DNA of 44,797 nucleotides from a bacterium (GTDB taxonomy: Bacteria; Ratteibacteria; UBA8468; B48-G9; JAFGKM01). The stretch spans positions 1-44,797 of the forward strand of contig JAOAEP010000069.1 in the NCBI GenBank assembly GCA_026416755.1, written 5' to 3'. Made by a program: the position numbers and the translations under genes. The notes beneath the pieces were generated by a model. That model was not told the DNA's origin. It saw only the letters and a program-made list of their open reading frames with translations, and searched no databases. Of the stretch, positions 37,101-43,738 are shown one piece after another; position 1 is the stretch's first letter; the number at the start of each line of letters is the position of its first letter.

Positions 37101-37414
37101 GGAGTTGCGAAGAATTTTAAAATATAGTTTGGCTCAGCGTATTCAATATCATTTTCTACTTTTAAACTCTTAATTTTATTTTCAACACTTATCCCATCTT
37201 TAATTTTTAAGAGATATAAATTTTGAACTACTCCAAGTACCTTTTCTATCTCAAGATTATATTTCTGACAAATTGAATTTACCGCTTGAGAATTTTTAAA
37301 CTTAACTATAATTTTATCTACAATATATTCTGTCTCTAATCTGCCTTTCTCCCATCTTTGTTGAGATAAAGATAAAAATGAAATAAATATAAGAAGAAGA
37401 AATATCTTTTTCAT
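34133..37414 (-). CDS. secreted S8 (subtilisin) family serine peptidase with I9-like propeptide, NIDO-like region, two FN3 domains and the shared CFIAS C-terminal anchor module
   Basis: 1093 aa with a signal peptide. The catalytic triad motifs are VAILDTGID (Asp140), HGTHVAG (His225) and GTSMAAP (Ser396). The tail from Cys998 reads CFIASACFGENSWQVRILREFRD...KFYYTHSP...hydrophobic...KRVK. An AAGGAGG SD lies upstream. Confidence 0.9.
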   Translation of the reverse strand: MKKIFLLLIFISFLSLSQQRWEKGRLETEYIVDKIIVKFKNSQAVNSICQKYNLEIEKVLGVVQNLYLLKIKDGISVENKIKSLKVENDIEYAEPNYILKFFATPNDTNFPQQWGLTKIKAPEAWDITVGDTSIVVAILDTGIDYTPAPMAGGNDRKHPDLDSNLWLNKGELIFNTINYNSIDDDKNGYVDDFYGINPTIANIGSYQRGAPSEFIEPISGLYRGHGTHVAGIIGAVGNNGIGVTGVNWKVGLMPLKVGTSSGTITVDWIIECIEYILKKKDEGENIIAVNASFGGYVRMQALEEAIEKLMERGILFITAAGNGLRNIDYDPVHPAGIYLPNVITVLATDINDQPAIFSTLGGGTNYGKFKVHVGAPGKGIYSTLPTNSYGSMDGTSMAAPFVTGLAALIKSKFTTYDWIKIKNLILTSGDDIPSLKDISITGKRINALDAVSPKGKTLMARLRPIGDKVSCYYKEKLDISALNLIDERGAGDVIVNIDSGETFTLYDNGNGFDIMSNDGVYSGSYDNTTQTVGKRKFTLPNNDSFECYFLKSYNYYPTAFGWEDITGYETNLNLGDNEVVKIRAPFPIKFGGYDTGFTEVYIDSNGIISFFDDIKSYYWTQNSLYGLPDASLNIQIAPFRDDLLPSQGSNNVYWAVLGNAPNRKLVIEWRNVPHYNVGGTNGVTFQVVFFENKSDILFSYKDVEFGNVSYDFGANAVIGIQVSSKAGKLYSYRSPFLSDNTSLYWVLEDLPTQLLTPTGLKTTGGERRVNLRWDQLSFSTHTGFEIRRRHPTIGNPNPPYTTIKIVPADATTYIDTPIYSDSRPYYYVIRAVNQQTNEASSDSNPSWAIPTAFPFNENPTNLQAYGGWNSLVIKWSDNTQSESYYYIEFWKNRKPDDVTRPDTELQVIADRVYNYLTGLCEIIIYDTHILWENARWYIRVRAQHRNALFGYSWYARPLASFSNKETVPSGLSYDQQTKYFYIWIDTAGIPSTQTAGGCFIASACFGENSWQVRILREFRDRFLIKNKFGKLFIKFYYTHSPNLAEFLKKHSIFIIPVKFALYFIIVLVILYITNILPFIIFISGLILLIKRVK
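34353..34429 (-). repeat. nucleotide-conserved core of the C-terminal anchor module, copy A (S8 peptidase)
   Basis: About 80 nt align with copies B and C at roughly 85-90% identity by eye. The identical 26-mer acttgccaactattttctccaaaaca lies at 34380-34405. Confidence 0.85.
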
Positions 37415-37543
37415 TGGTTTACCTCCTTATATACATACGTTTCTACTGTAAAAACTCTTTCTTAGCCTAATTCCCTTACAATTTTAACTGTTTCTCTAAA
37501 ACTATATTCTTTGTTAACATTTTTATTTTCTAACCTTTTTGTT

Positions 37544-40500
37544 TTATTTAACCCATTTTTTGCAATAATTGCTTTTTCTTTTCCATTTCCAGAATAAAGT
37601 TAAGAATATAAGAATTATAGAGATATAAATGAGAATTTTAGAAAGAGCGACACAAACTAAAATTATAATAAAATAAAGTAAAAACCTTGTAAAAAGAAGC
37701 ACCAGTTTATGGGTTCTCAAATATTCAGCAATATCTGGAGAAATTTTATAATAAAACTTTACAAACTTTTTACCAATATAATTTTTAATTAGAATTTTAT
37801 CTCTAAACTCTTTAAGTATCCTTACTTGCCAACTATTTTCTCCAAAACAGACACTTGCAATGAAACAACCACCTCCACCAGGCTCTGGAGGAGGTGGTGG
37901 TGTAATGGTTAATGTTGTAAAATATGTTGGGTCGCTCCATTCAGACCACATTCCATCTGAATCCTGATATCTAACCTGCCAGTAATATGTTTTCCCTTCT
38001 TGAAGGGATGCACTTACTAATATTGAAGTTACTGCACCTGCGTTGAGATTTTGCCAATAAGGAGAACTTGAAGAACCAGTACTTTCCCATAATCTCCATT
38101 GTGAATTACTCATAGTATCCCCATCTTGGTCATAAAATCCAGTTGCTACAAGTAAAGGAGTTAAACTTACACCTGTTGCTCCATTTACAGGATATAAATT
38201 TTCTGGTTTTCTTGGAGGATTTTGTGGTTTTGGCATTGTTGTAAAACTTGCTTCATTACTCCAGTTAGACCACGTACCCCACTGGTCTTGATACCTTACC
38301 TGCCAGTAATAAGTAGTAGAATATAAAAGAATTCCAGAAGGGACAGAAATTGATGTTGTAGTAGTTTCAGCCTGCCAAATATATGTAGAACTTCCACTTT
38401 GTCTAATTCTCCATTGTGCTTTTAAAAAACTATCTCCATCAGGGTCACTAAAAGCAGAACCTGTCAAAGTTGGAGTTAATGTAATACCTACTGCTCCACT
38501 GGTCGGTGATTGACCTGTTGGCGTTAAAGGAGCACTATTTGTTCTTGTTGTAAAACTTGTTTCATCACTCCAATCAGACCAACCACCATTTACATCTTTA
38601 TATCTAACATGCCAGAAGTATTTTGTATTAAAACTTAATCTACCAGAAGGAACCTGATGGGAAGTAACTGCTCCTATTTCACCACTATCATAAACAGGAT
38701 TATTATAAGTTGAATTTTCTAATCTAATCTGCCATTGAGAACCTGCAAAGTTAACATTTGTTGGATGAGAATAATTAGATGCTTGCAAAGTAGGTATTAT
38801 AGAAACACCAGTTGCATTGTTTGGTGGTAGTAGATTTGTTGGTTTATTTGGTCTTGTTGTAGTTAATGTTATTTCATTTGTATAGTTAGAGTATTGCCTC
38901 CCTGAAACAATATCTCTATAACCTCTTACTCTATATGAATAAGATGTATTTTCTGTAAGACCAGCCCCATTTTCATCATCTATATATGTAGTAATATCTC
39001 TTCCGACCGTTCCTATCTCCACAAAATTACCACTCCCTATTTTTCTTTCTATTATAAATCCATCTTCTTCTGGATTCTCAGAATTATCAGTCCAGTTTAA
39101 TACAATGCGCCACTTCCCATTTAAATATTCAGCATAACCAGTTAAATTTGTTGGATCTTGTAATTGTCCTGTACTTGTTGTTACATTCACTATATTAGAC
39201 CATGTTGAGTAAGTAGGAGGGGTTGTAATAAATGCTCTTACTCTGTAATAATAAGTTGTATCAGGAGCAAGCCCATTTCCACTATTATCATCTGTAAATG
39301 TTGTTATATCTCTACCGACTTGTCCTATTGTCTGCCATGTTCCAGTTGTTCCTATTCTTCTCTGTATTTCAAAGCCATCTTCATCTGGATTTTCTGAATT
39401 ATCAAGCCAGTTTAAAACAACCTGCCATTTTCCATTTACAAATTGGGGAGTTGCTGATATAATCTGTGGCGCATTTAATACAATTGGTTGCCCAATTATA
39501 ATTGCATTTGTTCCTACTAAATATTCTCCTGATGTCCCCTGGTCAAACTTTATTCTATCACCGGCAAAGCCTAAAGGAACGGATAAATCATTTCTAATTT
39601 CAACTCTAAAGGTCTCTCCCGTAACTGCATTTTCAGAAGTCCTTAAAATAATATAATAATCGTCTCCTGAATTAGAACCAGTATCATCATTGGGGATAGC
39701 ATAAACACTATCAGGCAAAGTTAAAACAATCTTATTACCTGAAAAACTTATTGATTTAAGATTAATTGGAAGGTCATCAATATCCCAACCAGAATTTATT
39801 CCACTTTCTTTAAATAATGCAATTCCACTTAAACTTCCATCTGTTGTTAACTGTTTTAGATTATATAAGTTTCCTGTATAATAAATCACAATTTCCTTTA
39901 AATATCTACCTCCGTCTGTCCCATCTCTTTTACCATCAAATAAATTAATTCCAATTGCAGGACAATCATAGGTTGGTGGAATAACATAATTGTTACTTGG
40001 AATTAGGTATGTAAGTTTAACATTTAAATTTCCAGTTAATGTATGGGTTTTTAAATTTATATTTGCGAAAGAATAACCAGAAGAAAAAACAAGTCCATTT
40101 GAAGGTAGAGAAATAGAAAATTTATCTCCATATAATAGATTATTACTTGTCCTTATTGCAACAAAAAATTCATTTCCAGTATTTGTTGTAGGTAATGAAA
40201 TATTTTGAGGAAAAACGCCATCTAAATACCAACCAAGACAGTTTCTTCCTCTTCCTACAAAATAAATATCATCTCCATCTGTATACTTTCCATCCTGGTC
40301 TTCATCATAAAATACAAAACCAAATGCTCCTTGGTGTAATTTTTCTCCAAATGTTCCTGATGAAGGAGTTGTTCCAACTATAACTTTATCAGTTTGTGAA
40401 TTAAATATACCGTCATCTTCATTGTCAAGCCATAAACAATCTTCCAAACTCCATATACTATCATTATTAGCATCATACCAGTAAACTCTATCATCCCAAT

Positions 40501-43500
40501 TAAAATAAGAAAGAACTTTCCCTTGCCAATTTATTATCTGTGTCTTATATCCTTGACCAGAAGTTGTAGTTCCATCTCCATCAACAAATCCATCAACATA
40601 ATCTGACTTCCAACTTGACCAACTAACGGGAATTAAAGTATCTGCTCTCCAATCAAAAATATCATTATTATTTGTATCTCGCCATATTGAAACACCACTT
40701 AAAATATTATTTGTTAAAGGAGCAATTATTTCAGAAAAAGGGGTAGTGTCAGGGAAAATTCCTTCTTCTGGATTGAAATAAACTCTTATTTTTTGAAGTT
40801 GATTTGTTCCTGTTGAATGGTCCCATGCACTTATTCCTATTACTCCAATTGGGTCACTTGTAGCATCTATAATTTGACCTGAAGTTGTTAGGTCTGTAAA
40901 AATTGTTGCAGTTACTGTTGTATTTGTTAAGGTATATGTTATTACTCTTTTATAAGTTATTCCACCTGCATCTCCAGTAAAAGTCAAGGTATTTTCACCA
41001 ACAAGATTACTTCCCCAAAGCAATATATGAAACCTATCACCTGGGTCCATGTTTTCATTTGGTTGAATTACAAGAAAATAATCAGGTCCAGCATTCTGTC
41101 CAACATCATTTGTTGGAATATAACCAACAGATGTATGATTTGTAAAATTAGGAGGAGGGTCTCCAAATTCTAATCTTACTCTAAATCTTCCTTGTGGGTC
41201 ATCTGCTGCTCTTGGTAATAAATAGGGTAATTTTGTCATCCACACTCTTTTATCAAGCGGGTCAAATATTCCATTTCTATTTGTATCCTTATATAAAGCA
41301 ATTCCACATCCACCATCAGGATCATTTGGATCTGAATTTGGTTTAACAAGTTCTGAAAAATCTAAAGTAGGAGGATTGTTGTTATCAATTATTATTAAAC
41401 TCATAGAACTAAAAGAAATATTTTTACCAGGAGGAGCAACAAGATTTATTCCAATTACTGGTGTCTTTGTAAATCTATTAATTGATTGTTCAGAATAAGT
41501 TAAATTTGTAAAGAAAGTTGGAACTGTCGCAGGGAAAGTAAAAGTTTCAATTGGCTCATATATTCCATCTCTATTATTATCAGGGAAAATCCTTGCCCAA
41601 TAACCATTTGTAAAAAGTATATCTTCCCATGGATAATTATTTATTATTGAAGGTCTATCATTATATTTTGTTAAACCAATTGCTGCTCTTACACTCATTC
41701 CATAGTCAATCCCTCTTTCAAAAGTATTATTTGATTTATATGCTGTCTCAGGGACACTAATCCCTCTTGGTTTAATACATATAAATAAATCAAATCCACG
41801 ATTTTCTTGTCTTCCTGGATAATCCGTTCCTCTTATAAAATCATCATTGGGAAGAGGTATAGGATTTTTCGGCTTTAAAACTACAAAATATCTCTTATCA
41901 TCATCATTTGGATTTGCAGGGTCATCATTTGTAGGAGACCATTTTGTTCCATCTGAGTTATACCATTCAAGAGAACTTGCATCAAGAGGAACAAAAGTAT
42001 CTGAAATTGTAACTCTATGAATACTGGAAAGCATATCATTTTCAGTAATTGTTCTACTATCAGGAAGTCCAAGAGTTCCACCTGTTTTATTATCAAGCCA
42101 TAAACTTACACCAGAGTCCTGGTCATCACTTAAAGGCATCAATTTATTTGGTTTAAATCCATTTTCTCCTTTAAACCAGACCCTTATCCATTGAAGTGCC
42201 TCATTTTGTGCAAAAGGTCCCCAACTATCTGTCATATTAATGTGAAAAATTGGAATTGGAACTCCATCTGCTTCAATAGGTCCATCTATTAGATTTGGTT
42301 TTATATCAAAAGCAATCCTTACATCTTTTACCTTATCTCTTGTTCTCGTTAAAGTCGGTGAACGATAAATACTCGGGTCAGGACTTTCTCCAATAGGTCT
42401 TGTTACAACAATGCCATCATCATATACAGAAGGATCTATATAAATTTTAAAATCAGAACCATACCAGGGTCTATTTGTAACCCAACCATGGCTTGGATCA
42501 GTAGCAATAACAACAAAAAAGTCAACAAGCCCATCAGCGGTTTGATCAAGATTAATCCCTGAAAAATTAAAAGTAACTTTCCATCTATTATTTCCCTCAG
42601 GTGAAGGAGGAAGGGGGTCAATCTGCATATGAGGAGTCCCAGGTATCACATTTGAAGCAAGTATTCTTATATCATTTGCAGGATTAAAATAACCATCTCC
42701 GTTATCCCTGTAAATTGCTATGTTTGAATAAGGAGAAAGTTGATGAGAAGCAAGCATACCTGGGTCAAAATTTCCAGGAATTCCTGTATCTTCTATAATA
42801 ACAGTTACTCTTGAAAGTTGCTCATTATCATTTCCTGAATATGTACTTCTTCCTTTTAAACTAAATCCAATAACTCTATAAGGAATACACATACCACATA
42901 ATTCAGGAACTGCCAGAGTAAAATCAATATCTTGTGCAACAAATTGAAATAATGGATGGTCCTGTTTATATGCTCTATAATTATAAAGTGGACCATAAAG
43001 GTAATGACGAAAAACTCCAACATTTGAACTTATTGTAGGATACCCATTTATTTCAGTTAAACTACTTGGGTCATAGGAATCACTTCTCATAGGAACTAAA
43101 TCAACAACTCTTGAATCACATATAATCGTATTTGTACCTATAGACAGAGGCCAACCAACTCTTACTATAAACTTATTTCTATAATCATAACCTCCAGGCA
43201 TATCTCCTGAAATTTTATCAGAGGTAAAAATAACAACCCATAGGTCTGGTCCTTGCGTCCCATTTTGAGCATCGTCAGAACCATATATTGAAAAATTTAT
43301 TGGAATATCAAAAGATAAACTGCCTAATTGACTTGGGTTAACAGAACCAATTTCATAATCCGCTGGGTCAAAAACTCCTTTCGCTCCTACATCCCTATAA
43401 ATTGCAACTTTCCTAAAATCTTCAGGTAATATGGGATGATTAGCTCCTGGAGAAGTATAAATGGATACATAAACACTATTAAGAACATCTCCTGGTTGAG

Positions 43501-43687
43501 GCCAGCCAGCAGAAGTATTTGCTGAAAGATTTAAACCAATAACAGCAGTAGGACCGCTCATTGGAAGAATTGCTTGATTGGGTTGTGTTAAATCTACTCC
43601 TGACCTTACTGCCCATGCACCAAAACAAATTTGTGGTATAAAAAGAATAAAAAATAAACAAAGGAAACCCTTTCTTTTATCTTTCAT
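37544..43687 (-). CDS. giant (2047 aa) repeat-rich secreted surface protein with two FN3 domains, three ~100-aa tandem repeats and the shared CFIAS C-terminal anchor module
   Basis: A single uninterrupted ORF with a signal peptide (FLCLFFILFIPQICFGA) and a GAGGAGG SD. The domain layout was read directly from the translation. The tail from Cys1941 reads CFIASVCFGENSWQVRILKEFRD...KFYYKISP...hydrophobic...KRK. Confidence 0.85.
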   Translation of the reverse strand: MKDKRKGFLCLFFILFIPQICFGAWAVRSGVDLTQPNQAILPMSGPTAVIGLNLSANTSAGWPQPGDVLNSVYVSIYTSPGANHPILPEDFRKVAIYRDVGAKGVFDPADYEIGSVNPSQLGSLSFDIPINFSIYGSDDAQNGTQGPDLWVVIFTSDKISGDMPGGYDYRNKFIVRVGWPLSIGTNTIICDSRVVDLVPMRSDSYDPSSLTEINGYPTISSNVGVFRHYLYGPLYNYRAYKQDHPLFQFVAQDIDFTLAVPELCGMCIPYRVIGFSLKGRSTYSGNDNEQLSRVTVIIEDTGIPGNFDPGMLASHQLSPYSNIAIYRDNGDGYFNPANDIRILASNVIPGTPHMQIDPLPPSPEGNNRWKVTFNFSGINLDQTADGLVDFFVVIATDPSHGWVTNRPWYGSDFKIYIDPSVYDDGIVVTRPIGESPDPSIYRSPTLTRTRDKVKDVRIAFDIKPNLIDGPIEADGVPIPIFHINMTDSWGPFAQNEALQWIRVWFKGENGFKPNKLMPLSDDQDSGVSLWLDNKTGGTLGLPDSRTITENDMLSSIHRVTISDTFVPLDASSLEWYNSDGTKWSPTNDDPANPNDDDKRYFVVLKPKNPIPLPNDDFIRGTDYPGRQENRGFDLFICIKPRGISVPETAYKSNNTFERGIDYGMSVRAAIGLTKYNDRPSIINNYPWEDILFTNGYWARIFPDNNRDGIYEPIETFTFPATVPTFFTNLTYSEQSINRFTKTPVIGINLVAPPGKNISFSSMSLIIIDNNNPPTLDFSELVKPNSDPNDPDGGCGIALYKDTNRNGIFDPLDKRVWMTKLPYLLPRAADDPQGRFRVRLEFGDPPPNFTNHTSVGYIPTNDVGQNAGPDYFLVIQPNENMDPGDRFHILLWGSNLVGENTLTFTGDAGGITYKRVITYTLTNTTVTATIFTDLTTSGQIIDATSDPIGVIGISAWDHSTGTNQLQKIRVYFNPEEGIFPDTTPFSEIIAPLTNNILSGVSIWRDTNNNDIFDWRADTLIPVSWSSWKSDYVDGFVDGDGTTTSGQGYKTQIINWQGKVLSYFNWDDRVYWYDANNDSIWSLEDCLWLDNEDDGIFNSQTDKVIVGTTPSSGTFGEKLHQGAFGFVFYDEDQDGKYTDGDDIYFVGRGRNCLGWYLDGVFPQNISLPTTNTGNEFFVAIRTSNNLLYGDKFSISLPSNGLVFSSGYSFANINLKTHTLTGNLNVKLTYLIPSNNYVIPPTYDCPAIGINLFDGKRDGTDGGRYLKEIVIYYTGNLYNLKQLTTDGSLSGIALFKESGINSGWDIDDLPINLKSISFSGNKIVLTLPDSVYAIPNDDTGSNSGDDYYIILRTSENAVTGETFRVEIRNDLSVPLGFAGDRIKFDQGTSGEYLVGTNAIIIGQPIVLNAPQIISATPQFVNGKWQVVLNWLDNSENPDEDGFEIQRRIGTTGTWQTIGQVGRDITTFTDDNSGNGLAPDTTYYYRVRAFITTPPTYSTWSNIVNVTTSTGQLQDPTNLTGYAEYLNGKWRIVLNWTDNSENPEEDGFIIERKIGSGNFVEIGTVGRDITTYIDDENGAGLTENTSYSYRVRGYRDIVSGRQYSNYTNEITLTTTRPNKPTNLLPPNNATGVSIIPTLQASNYSHPTNVNFAGSQWQIRLENSTYNNPVYDSGEIGAVTSHQVPSGRLSFNTKYFWHVRYKDVNGGWSDWSDETSFTTRTNSAPLTPTGQSPTSGAVGITLTPTLTGSAFSDPDGDSFLKAQWRIRQSGSSTYIWQAETTTTSISVPSGILLYSTTYYWQVRYQDQWGTWSNWSNEASFTTMPKPQNPPRKPENLYPVNGATGVSLTPLLVATGFYDQDGDTMSNSQWRLWESTGSSSSPYWQNLNAGAVTSILVSASLQEGKTYYWQVRYQDSDGMWSEWSDPTYFTTLTITPPPPPEPGGGGCFIASVCFGENSWQVRILKEFRDKILIKNYIGKKFVKFYYKISPDIAEYLRTHKLVLLFTRFLLYFIIILVCVALSKILIYISIILIFLTLFWKWKRKSNYCKKWVK
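37797..37876 (-). repeat. nucleotide-conserved core of the C-terminal anchor module, copy B (giant protein)
   Basis: Same block as copy A. The identical 26-mer lies at 37824-37849. Confidence 0.85.
37913..38854 (-). repeat. three tandem ~100-aa coding repeats inside the giant gene
   Basis: Residues 1612-1714, 1715-1817 and 1818-1925 each run P..P.N..P..GA.GV...P.L.........D......QW.I...............S..V.......T.Y.W.VRY.D..G.WS.WS....FTT. Confidence 0.8.
38855..39475 (-). repeat. two tandem FN3-like coding repeats inside the giant gene
   Basis: Residues ~1405-1503 and ~1509-1611 share NGKW(Q/R)(V/I)VLNW.DNSENP(D/E)EDGF.I.R.IG......IG.VGRDITT..DD..G.GL...T.Y.YRVR. Confidence 0.8.
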
Positions 43688-43738
43688 TTTACCTCCTCAT
43701 TCTTTTATTTTTATTATATTTAGACAACTTTTTTAATT

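Noticed and set aside
37415-37543. This 129-nt gap is the largest non-coding gap inside the surface-protein operon. I checked it for a terminator, an internal promoter, a small ORF or a structured RNA.
   Set aside because: I found no convincing hairpin, no acceptable -35/-10 pair and no ORF. The only clear signal is the AAGGAGG SD of the S8 peptidase gene. It is left unannotated.
37868-37898. A GC-rich hairpin (ACCACCTCC / GGAGGTGGT, 9 bp plus 3 inner bp) sits exactly at the ectodomain/anchor boundary of the giant gene. SD-like GGAGG strings also lie just 5' of the Cys codon in all three tail modules, which could suggest an internal start or a pause site.
   Set aside because: The hairpin arises automatically because a Pro run (CCN) is followed by a Gly run (GGN), whose codons are mutually complementary. 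It is absent from the other two copies. The GGAGG strings are simply GGA-GGT Gly codons, and no good in-frame start codon follows at SD distance.
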